A stretch of DNA of 64,000 bases from an uncultured Methanosarcinaceae archaeon (GTDB taxonomy: Archaea; Halobacteriota; Methanosarcinia; Methanosarcinales; Methanosarcinaceae): the NCBI GenBank assembly GCA_963833425.1, contig CAWHXP010000008.1, positions 308,578 to 372,577 of the forward strand, read 5' to 3'. Positions 49,821 through 59,402 of the stretch are shown here, in pieces. The notes under the pieces are model-generated. The model ran no database searches. It was given only the letters and a program-made list of their open reading frames with translations, and had not been told where the DNA came from. The position numbers and the translations under genes are program-made. Numbering within the stretch: the stretch's first letter is position 1; the number at the start of each line of letters is the position of its first letter.

Positions 49821-49951
49821 TGTGCTAAAATTTTTTAATTTCCTAAATCGATCCAGAATAAGAAAAAATTGCTGATTTATTACTCATGGAGCTTATGGAG
49901 CTGATGTGCCTCATAGAACGTCTGGAGCTCATGGAACACTTGGAACTAATT
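49821..49951 (+). repeat. Dispersed repeat copy 1 (contains CATGGAGCT-like short tandem units)
   Basis: Near-identical to 50921-51043, e.g. AATAAGAAAAAATTGCTGAT..TACTCATGGAGCTTATGG. Confidence 0.85.
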
Positions 49952-50102
49952 GACCTAAATTATAATCATAAATAGAAACAAGAGAAAAAAATCAAAGGGT
50001 CTAGAGTAGATTTTACAGATCTTTCAGTACACTGCCTAATTTTGAGTTTTGGGATTCGATCAACAAACAAATAAAATTATAGTTAAGCCACAATAATGCT
50101 TT

Positions 50103-50627
50103 TTACACCACCTTAGGATAATTAGCTGCCCAGAATTTATGGTCAAATACAACCGGATACTCTACATTTACCCATTCTGTGAAACCACCTTGCATGTTAT
50201 AGACTCTTTTATAACTGGAATCTATCAGCATTTTGCTTGCGATGGCACCTCTTTTTCCGCTCAGGCAATAAACAAGTATTTTTGTACATTTGTTTTTTGG
50301 CAAATCTTTATTATTTTTTCTATTCCACTCCAACAGCTCTTCATTGGATAAATTAATAGGATCATGTGACGGCACATTTTTTAATGGTATTAACTTTGCT
50401 CCTTTGACATGTGTATAATTGTATTCGGCAGGAGTACGAACATCTAGAATAAATAATCTATAGCTTGGATCGAATTCGTTTTTTAGAAACAGTTTGTAAG
50501 CTTCATTGGCAGTTACATTCTTATATTGATTTGTTTGATTACTATCTTCTGCTGCTATTACAATCTGTGAGAACATTAGCGGCACGATAAGAATTGTAGC
50601 AAAATAAGGTAAATGTTGTTTATTCAA
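50103..50627 (-). CDS. Rhodanese-like domain protein with signal peptide
   Basis: ILDVRTPAEY..HVKGA..IP, active-site loop CLSGKR, VYNMQGGFTEW; TTG start after GGAGG. Confidence 0.88.
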   Translation of the reverse strand: MNKQHLPYFATILIVPLMFSQIVIAAEDSNQTNQYKNVTANEAYKLFLKNEFDPSYRLFILDVRTPAEYNYTHVKGAKLIPLKNVPSHDPINLSNEELLEWNRKNNKDLPKNKCTKILVYCLSGKRGAIASKMLIDSSYKRVYNMQGGFTEWVNVEYPVVFDHKFWAANYPKVV

Positions 50628-50920
50628 TTAGCGTCCTCCATTTATCAAATTCCTGATCTAATTTGACAATGTTTTCTTCAACAACATAGGTCAAGCATCA
50701 TATAAGTTTCTAAAAATTGTTGCTTCGAGCCCTTAATAATCTCTTCATTTGGCTTTAATTCTAAGGACCAGAGACTTTCAGGGAAATTTACAGTGTATCG
50801 AATGTTCTGTAAAATCTGACTGTCTTTGTATCCCTTTTCTTTCATTGCAAAAAAGCAGGATCAAGAGTCAATGGTTATGCTAATAAGTTATATTTTTATT
50901 GTTTCATTGATGTATAGTTT

Positions 50921-51043
50921 TTGCGCTAAAATCTCTGAATTTCCTAAGTCCATCTAAAATAAGAAAAAATTGCTGATCTAGTACTCATGGAGCTTATGGG
51001 ACTCATAGAACATGTGGAGCTCTTGGAAAATTTGTAACTAATT
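50921..51043 (+). repeat. Dispersed repeat copy 2
   Basis: Direct repeat of 49821-49951 with a short internal deletion. Confidence 0.85.
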
Positions 51044-51446
51044 AAATAAGATATAATGTTAAATTCTGAAAATTTCAGGATAAAAAATTATTATTAATAT
51101 TTAATTGTTTTTTGATTGTGAAAAATATTGTATGAAAGCAAAGCTTGGAAGAATTGTCTCCACTGTCGGCTCAGAGACAGTAACTTCGAATATATACCTC
51201 CAATAGTATAATTAATTCGAAATAATATAAATATCTTACAAGCAATTCTACTTTCTTAAATGCTGATTTTTTTTTTTTCGATCTATTCGTTATGTGGTAT
51301 TGTAGTACAATACACAATTATCGATGTAATTATTTTAAATTAATTATAAAAAAAAATTTCTGAATAAACTTTACTTTCCAATAATATATTTTAAAACTAA
51401 AAAATTATTATTTATATTTAATTGTTTTTTTGAGTATGAAAAATCT

Positions 51447-51594
51447 GGTTATGTTGCAAAAATAATTTTACTGCCTTTTTAGGCTATAATGGTTGCTTTT
51501 TGTATCATTTTTGACCTGTTCATAGCATATAGATATCCTATTTGTGATGTTTTCATTGGTTTTGTAAAATAGCCAGATTTTTTGCAACGGAACC
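51447..51594. mobile_element. 148-bp MITE with IS6-like TIRs and 8-bp TSD
   Basis: Left GGTTATGTTGCAAAAA, right TTTTTGCAACGGAACC; AAAAATCT on both sides (51439-51446, 51595-51602). Confidence 0.85.
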
Positions 51595-52407
51595 AAAAAT
51601 CTTATGCGGGAATATTTTTCGGTTATAAACTATTTTTTGTATAAATTATTCAAAATAATCTTGGATAAATGTGTATTGTAGAGTAAAACCGAACAGCCAC
51701 TTTAAAAGACTAAGAACTAATCGGTAGAGTAGAATTACTTGGAAGAACTTGATCTTATTTCGAATTAAATGTACTTGGGCCTGTATATATCCGAAATAAC
51801 TGTTTCTGCACTGACAGTATAGGCAAGTCTTCCAAATTTTCATCCAATCTTCTTTAATGTGATTGATTTGACACAGTGCAATTTTATGTAAAATTTGCTA
51901 TGTAACAATTAGTATTCTTTTTTGATCACGACTCTGTTACGACATGCATTTTCCTATAATCCTGTATGGGATCTTGATTCAATATGAACCAGCATTTCAG
52001 CTTTTCATTATTAAATTGATTTCAGTTGATTGTTAATTGGATAAATAGTAGATTTTGGAAATCTGAACAGTGTGCCAGTAGTTCTGTAAAATAGAATTTA
52101 TCCTGTATCTTTTCCCCGATTAAAAGCAAAAATTTCTCAATCTTAACATATTTATCCAGCTAAAATTTTTCATCTATAGATTACATAATCAGTATTATGT
52201 CTAAGAAACTAATTGCACTCTAATTTTGAGTGTCGTTACTCTCGAAGACGGCGACAAATGCCAGCGCAGGTTGTTAAGAGAAAGACGATCTTCACTATCA
52301 TCATTACCGTGTTCTCCATCGCCGTTGGCATTAACATTTTGATATACTAAAAAATGGAGTTTATCGAACTAATGATAAAATTGAACAAGAGTTAGGAGTC
52401 TAGACAA

Positions 52408-52764
52408 ATGGGAAAACAAGCATTCAGCCAAACAAAAAAACTACTGGGTATTTTACTAGTTGTTTTTTTTGTAGCAACAATAATATCTCCGGCAATAAGC
52501 GCGGACGCACCCCATCGCAGCAACGTAACATCTCCGGCAATAAGCGCAAACGCATCCCATCACAGCAACAAGGGACTGCAAAAATTCAACACAGAGCAAG
52601 AGGCCAAATTGCATTGTCCAACAGATACTGTTGTTTGGCTTAATCTTCCAACAAACATCTATCATTCAAAAGGTCAAAGTTTGTACGGAAACACCAAAAA
52701 AGGTGCTTATGTTTGCCAGAAAGAAGCAGATCAGGCCGGAGCCCGAGCAACAAAGGGACACTAA
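52408..52764 (+). CDS. Small secreted protein with CPxDTVVWLN..YH..YG.TK.GAYVC domain
   Basis: AGGAG RBS, signal peptide ending AISA, internal 45-bp tandem duplication, two-Cys domain. Confidence 0.8.
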   Translation: MGKQAFSQTKKLLGILLVVFFVATIISPAISADAPHRSNVTSPAISANASHHSNKGLQKFNTEQEAKLHCPTDTVVWLNLPTNIYHSKGQSLYGNTKKGAYVCQKEADQAGARATKGH

Positions 52765-53405
52765 AAATTTGTAACCTGTCATTAGTGCTACGAGTGTTTC
52801 GATTTCATGATAAAATATTGAACAGCGATAAAGTATTGGTCAAGAGTTTGAATTATCTGAACCTTAAAATGCATAGGTTTTTTTATAAAACCTATGTATA
52901 TTTTCCAGGATATAATATAATCTTCAATATTTTTTAATATTTGTTTTTATATATTATAAATAATTCACATAATAGTATCAGCGGCATATTTGAACAGGCC
53001 AAAAAATAACCTAAAGATATTATAACTTTAAAAAATAAGTAAAAATATTATATGCCCGTTATCGTGTAAGTCTTAACCAAAATAAAATCCAAAAGATTCT
53101 ATTTATTTTCAAAAATAGAAAAATTACAGTGCTCAGAAGATACCTGAAGAGTTATATCAAATCTGTTGCCTTCAAGTTATGCAGAAAATATTGATTTATC
53201 ACTTTTATCCTACAGAACACTAATAAATTAATGATCTCTAGTTTTGAAATGTTTCATTATTTAGTATAAAAATCCATCATTTATTTCATTTTCGGAAATA
53301 TCATACACATAAATTTTATAATTTCTAAATTCAAGTACTTTTTTGGCTGATTTTTATGCACAAATTTTTATATTTTTGGGCTGGGAATCAGTATCCAAAG
53401 TCACA

Positions 53406-53668
53406 TCAGCGAGCTGGGAATTTCAATAAATCCAACGATTGAGCGCAGGGGTCGGTTATTAATGTAACTCCACATCCACCTTCACATCCACCTATTGGAA
53501 AATGTAAATAATCAACCGATTGAGTACAGGGGTCAGTTATTAATGTGATTCCACATCCACAGATTCTGTCTCCATAGCTATAGGGCTTTGCACCTACGAT
53601 ATTCCCAAGCATTAGAATCATAGTTGCTGAAACTAAGGCTATCTTAATAACTTATGTTTATTTATCAT
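53406..53668 (-). CDS. Small secreted Cys-repeat peptide (leader possibly frameshifted)
   Basis: Open frame IALVSATMILMLGNIVGAKP followed by 2x GCG(I/V)TLITDPC(T/A)QSxDxLxFP; upstream ATG at 53668 is out of frame. Confidence 0.55.
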
Positions 53669-54538
53669 GTATTTTCGCTCATTTAAATATGTTTTACCTA
53701 TAGGTTCTACTAAAAAATTGGACATATTTTACGGAATTAATAACAAAAAAATTTATTATATATGTTAACATATTTATATGGGGATATAGTTAAAACCTCG
53801 AAAAACGTATCGAATAGGGTATTATATTCATAAATATATATAAGCAATAGAATTTAATTTACTTAATATAAATACTATAAAAATGATTTAAAGACTATAT
53901 AATTATATAATATAGTAAGTATAATTCTATTATATACATGAAAGAATACTTACAAACTAAATGTCGCACAAAATAACCCTATTAGATCCATCTTTCCTTA
54001 ATTATTTATTCAGTATGTTATAATTTTATTTGTATAATATTTTCAAATTTATGTCTATGTACTTTTCTATACCAAAAACTACGTAAAAAGGGTGCTTTAC
54101 CAACAATTAAAGAAAACTAGCACACTATAATTCTCATTGTGTCTCGATAAAGAAAGCTTTGTGTTGTTTTACCCAGGCAGAATCGTTAAGAATAATATTT
54201 CCTGGATCAAGCTTTGAATATGGACAGCTTTGTTATGACAGATTTTTATACAAAACTATGCATAAATGAAACAATAGAAACATAACTTTATTAACATAAT
54301 CATTGGCTCAGCATTTTTTTTTGGCAGTGAAAAAGAAGAATATACAGATAATTAGGTTTATAAAGCTGAGGGCTTACTATAATAAAATTCATGCAGTTAA
54401 AGATCTTACTCTTATTTTAATGAAGTCTCTTGCATGATTTGTTTTTGTACAATTCAAAATAGGATTGCATGATCAGTAAGACCTATACCTGCACTTAAAT
54501 TACATTTTTTAATTTTGCAGCTTTTATCGCTGATACTA

Positions 54539-54856
54539 TTAGCAGATCCATACCCAGTTTTGCCTAGCAGAGCTCCATACCCAGTCACATCTAGGGTAAC
54601 GATGGCCATGGAAGTAGTGGGCACGTGGGCGGTGGTGACCCGTTCTTACTACAGCTGTGCGCCCTGGTCTTACTACAGCTGTGTGACCTGTTCTTACATT
54701 CCTCCCTCCATGACCCATTCTTACATTCTTCCCTGCGTGACCTTTTCTTAACTGCTTCGCTGCACTTACTGCTGCAGCTGCCACTGATACCACAAAAATG
54801 GCTATCAACAAAATAGCCAGTACCTTTTTCATTCTACTTGATGATTGTTTCAACAT
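54539..54856 (-). CDS. Small secreted cationic Arg/His/Gly-rich repeat peptide
   Basis: GGAGTGA RBS, leader MLKQSSSRMKKVLAILL..AVSA, RxGH-type repeats, C-terminal CDWVW..NWVWIC. Confidence 0.8.
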   Translation of the reverse strand: MLKQSSSRMKKVLAILLIAIFVVSVAAAAVSAAKQLRKGHAGKNVRMGHGGRNVRTGHTAVVRPGRTAVVRTGHHRPRAHYFHGHRYPRCDWVWSSARQNWVWIC

Positions 54857-55092
54857 TCATTTCACTCCTTTTCTATTTATTTTGATACTATTTTAATCCA
54901 GTTAGGACTTCTGTTCAAAATAGATAATTTCACTTGATGGAGATTGTATTAAGAGACATTGCAGACTATTCCACTTATTTACTCTTGAGTACTGAAGAAA
55001 TTTACTGGTTGAAGCTTCAAATCATGTTCACTATCATTGTCTGGGTAGTTTTTCCACTTCTGCTTTAGCTATATATAGCTACAATTTGTCAA

Positions 55093-55590
55093 TTAAGCCA
55101 TTAAATCGTTAGATCCATCCCAATAATTTGCCTTGTTTATATGTCCACTATCAGTATCTACGGTCATTCCTTTCAAATCGTTAGATCCATCCCAATAATT
55201 TGCCTCATTTATATGTCCACTATCAGTATCTATTCCCATTCCTTTCGCGGCTTTTATCTTTCCAGTTTTTTTGTTAATAGCCATTACTTTCGCAGCTTTC
55301 ATATCTCCATTTTCATTCTCTATAGTCGCTCCTTTTGCAGCTTTTATCTCTCCAGTTTCTTTATCAATGGCTACTCCTTTCGCAGCTCTAATCTCTCCAG
55401 TTTCGTTCTCTATAGCCGCTCCTTTTACAGCTTTAATCCGTCCATTGTCGGTATCGATGGCAATACCTTTTGCGGCTTTAATCACAACTGGTTCTGCGCT
55501 TACTGTTGCAGCTGTCATTGATACTATAAAAAAGACGACAAGCAAACTAATCAGTACCCTTTTCATTCTATCCGATGATTGTTTCAACAT
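55093..55590 (-). CDS. Secreted 15-aa tandem-repeat protein
   Basis: GGAGCGA RBS, leader MLKQSSDRMKRVL..TVSA, 6x IKAAKGxxIDxxxG, then 2x DTDSGHINxANYWDGSNDL. Confidence 0.8.
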   Translation of the reverse strand: MLKQSSDRMKRVLISLLVVFFIVSMTAATVSAEPVVIKAAKGIAIDTDNGRIKAVKGAAIENETGEIRAAKGVAIDKETGEIKAAKGATIENENGDMKAAKVMAINKKTGKIKAAKGMGIDTDSGHINEANYWDGSNDLKGMTVDTDSGHINKANYWDGSNDLMA

Positions 55591-56063
55591 TTATTTCGCT
55601 CCTTTATGGCTAAATGTAACAACTATACTGAAATTTGTTTTCGGTAACTATTCAAGCTACAAAAATTGGTTGTTGATATATGGTCTAGTACATCAACAAA
55701 TTTTGATGAATCGCTATATTTAATGAGTTTGTTAGTTATTTTAAATTAATTATAAATAAAATAGTTTCAAAATAAAAATTATTTACCCAGAAGATATTTT
55801 AACATTGAACAACATTTAGATATTAATAATGTGTTATAATATTTTCTGAAACATTACGAAGACAGAATCTATCATTAATAAAATAAATTTCGAGCAATTG
55901 AGAGCGAAATTCAAGTATATGCAATCTCTTGATCATCATTGAGATCCACACAGTTAAGAGCATAAGATGCTGTCTTTTCAAGTAAACTGCATACTTTAAA
56001 ATTTTTTTAAAGCTCATGAATAAAATATGGAGTTTCTAGTGGGCTGATTCCATTTTTTTTTCC

Positions 56064-56312
56064 CTAATTTTTCTCTTGATTTTCTCCCATTCTAGCGCAG
56101 AGTCCAGCTTCACAGTCTTTTATCAAATCAATTATCCTACACAAAGCATCTTCTTTATTTCCGTAAGCTGCCGAGCCACATAAAGGTCTAGCCTCTCTAA
56201 TTTCTATGAATTGTATTTCACCGTAATCAACTTCAAATATCAAAAAACGAGATGCATTTCTAAAATGCTGATTGATAACCTTGCCATTACTTGAAACGAC
56301 CGCAACTGTCAT
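56064..56312 (-). pseudogene. NifB/NifX-family (dinitrogenase FeMo-cofactor-binding) protein, truncated
   Basis: VAVVSSNGKVINQHF..A..FLIFEV, PLCG, DCEAGLCARMG; early stop. Confidence 0.7.
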
Positions 56313-56504
56313 TATTTCATAATCCTTTTTAATCTAACTGTAACACAGGTTCAAAATCTTTTGATAAAAATGAGTTCACACTTCCGCAATTGAACTAGAA
56401 ATCATTAGTATAAAATCTCTAATTGTCTTGTCTAAACTTAAACTATGACGCTTTCTATGCTTGATTTCGCTTATCACTTGCGTGAGTTTAATGTTTTATC
56501 AGGC

Positions 56505-57308
56505 TTAAAGAACAAAACCATATTTTCTAAGTATCTCTTGTTCGTCTTTCTCGGTCACAAAATCAATGAATTTCTGAGCTTTTTCTTTGTGCTTAGAAGA
56601 AGAAACTACAGCTATTGGATAGTCAATTGGGATATTAACAGGCACATTGGTGACTATTTTGATAGTTTTGGGTTGTGCAGTCTTTGCATCGGTTATATAT
56701 ACAAAACCTGCATCTACATCTCCTCTTTCCACGTATACAAGTACTTGCTTGACATCTTCAGCAAGTACCACTTTATTTTTCAGCTGTCCCCACAAACCAG
56801 CATCAGTAAGTGCAAGTAGCGAATATTCACCTACCGGGACTATATCAGGGTTTCCAATGCTTATTTTTCTGAATTTTAGGGTTTACTAAATCTTTTATGC
56901 TGGCTATGTTAAGAGTAGTGTTTTCATGAACAATAAGCACAAGTGAATTGTGAGCAAAATCTTTTCGTGAATTGTTCATGATAAGTGATTTGTTGGCAAG
57001 TATGTTCATTTGATGCTCGTCTGCTGAAGCAAAAACATCTACAGGGGCTCCCCCTTCTACTTGCATACGTAGATTACCTGAACTTCCAAAGTTGAAGTTT
57101 ACATTTGTTCCAGGATTTTCCTTTTCAAACTTGGAAGCGATATTCTTGAAAGTTTCAGTAAGGATTGCAGCTGCAGAAACTGTTATAACTTCAGGCATTG
57201 TTGTACTTGAATCGCTGTATTATTTGGAGTTCCACCTCTATTACCAATGCATCCTGTTGCAAAGAATAAACTCAACATAACTAATAGAATTACCAGTTAT
57301 TTTCTCAT
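56505..57308 (-). pseudogene. modA: Molybdate ABC transporter substrate-binding lipoprotein, disrupted
   Basis: Lipobox FATGC, ITVSAAA, FGSSGNL..QVEGGAPVDVFASA, GDVDAGFVY.TDA, ILRKYGF; TAA at codon 4 and frameshifts near 57200 and 56855. Confidence 0.88.
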
Positions 57309-57589
57309 TATTTTACCACGTGTAATATTAATTGCTTGTATAGCCGGTAATATACTGGATATCTAATTATATTTAATATTTTTCATCTAAAATGCCGATT
57401 CTATTAGAGATTCTATTATGAAACACATAGGTAAAATTTATAAATTCTTTTGATATCCATTTTTCTTTGTCACAAAAAATTGAATTGGTTTTATAGCAAA
57501 ATCGATGTATAAATATTGTATTGATTCCTATTTTATCAAATGAGAAAATGGATTTATAAAGCACCAAAATTTTCGACTCTTATTTATTC

Positions 57590-59070
57590 CATAATCCTTA
57601 GGTCCCTATTCCATGTCTAAACTCCTCTAGGTCAGAATATCCATCAGGGTATTTGGTGACATAAGCTTTCGTTTTAATGGATTTACCGAAGTCCAAAAAG
57701 ATAGTGAAGGCCCCTGTAATTAACTTTTGAGCTTCAAAATAACCTCTTCTATCTCTTCTTAGCCGCACTCGATAAGAATTGTGTCACGTATAAGAGCAAT
57801 GATTTTGATATCGTTCTCGGCAATAGAATAAAGGCAACTTTGAGAATTTCTGCACATGTTGCTTGACAAAGAAAGTTTCGGATCTTTCTTCCTTCTCTCC
57901 CCACCCAAAACGCTCAGTTGCCAACCAAAACAGGTCGTATTCTTTTAGATAACAGAGGCGCAAGAGTCGTGTCCAAAAAGTTTTCACACCAGTTTAAATA
58001 TCCATTATAAACCCGTCTATGGTGCCTTAGCAGCGCTTTAGCATAGAGTGTGTTCATCTGTGCGCAATGCCAGACTATCTAGCCCATAACGTATCGAATC
58101 CCAATACATAAGTTTTAAAAGGATCTCCAGCAGTTTAATGAGTTAATTTCTTAGCTTCAAGTGGCACTGCCCAGCCTGTTTTGCAAATGCTAGATCAGGA
58201 TCTTTTGTGAAATATGCAGCTTTCATTCCTTGATCATCCGACAAAGCAGCTGCTATAATAAACTCTTGTTGAGAATAATTACTGTAAGCCATCACTTTAC
58301 CTTTTTCAGGGTTGATAAGGCTTCTAAGCCATGCTGCTGGCACAAGACAAACTGAGAAGTACTTGGAGCATTCTTTCCAGTTTTTGCCTTAAAGGATATA
58401 GAGTGAACATCTATTATGCCCATCAGATCCAATTCAATTCTGACAGTCTCGATCGACCTAAAATATATCGAAGATCTCTCAACCCTTGGAGTTGTGGGTA
58501 TCAAATAACTATTTCTTTGAAAATACGATCTTTCTGTTCTAAATTTTCCTACTTTAGTCCTAGGCCAAAAAGTTCCATTTATACTCAAATATTGTTCAAA
58601 CTTAAAAATCTTGAATGTAGTACCCTCATAAACTCCATGATCTTTACCTATATCTCAAATGAGTCTATTCAAATTATTATCCAGTTTAATTTCAATCTAT
58701 CTAGAATTTTCATATCAATTGGGACCCCGTGATGTTCCATGGAGGCTATGGTTCCATGTACTGACCGAAGAATACTGCTATCGGAATATCGATGAATGGG
58801 AGCATTTTTCTGAATAGCTCTATGATCTCTTGAACGTCGCTTGCACATATGTGAGAATGCTTTCTTTCTCATCCGTTGTGTATAGTGGATCCTGTATAAT
58901 TCTAACACAGTCTGCCTCTTTCCCCGATTTAGAGTCGTATTCACTCCAAACCTTTGGAAGGCTCTAATAACCCATTAGAGATGTCTGGTAGACCATTGTA
59001 AGCAATTTAAACTCCGCAAATAGCCACTATTATGGGTAAAGACCAATTTAAATCCCAATAAAAGCCCTCA
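57590..59070 (-). pseudogene. Family A DNA polymerase (PolA-like, mobile-element type), heavily degraded
   Basis: Fragments FAEF..NGL, MEHHGVPID, WPRT, KTGKNAPSTSQF, WLRSLI.P..G..MAY..YSQQEF.IAAALS.D..M..AY...DP.LAFAKQAG (motif A region), KYPDGYSD; ends approximate. Confidence 0.75.
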
Positions 59071-59402
59071 AAACTTGTAAGTTCTAAGAACAGCTGTTGA
59101 ATGTGTCAGATTTTACCGTAACAAAAAGATTCATGTTATTAAATACGCTTAAAATCTAGAAATGTGGCAAAATCAAGATAAAAAAGATTTTTTTTCGGGT
59201 AATGTCTCTTAGCTTTCTGTTTATTCATAGTTGTTTTTCGATTTTTCGACGACGAGATATTTCATTCAATTATCTTTAAATTTTTTTATCATATTCTATT
59301 TTCAAAAAGGTTATATCGGATATAATCCTAACTATGCTAAACTCGTGAATGTTACAAATTCAAATAATTGTGTTAAGCCAAACTAAAATTGAGGTTTCAA
59401 AA

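Noticed and set aside
49860..51043. CATGGAGCT units as a CRISPR mini-array
   Set aside because: Units are 9 nt, degenerate and lack unique spacers; no cas genes
52250..52350. Short hydrophobic ORF MPAQVVKRKTIFTIIITVFSIAVGINILIY
   Set aside because: 30 aa with no clear RBS; may be a permease fragment, unsupported
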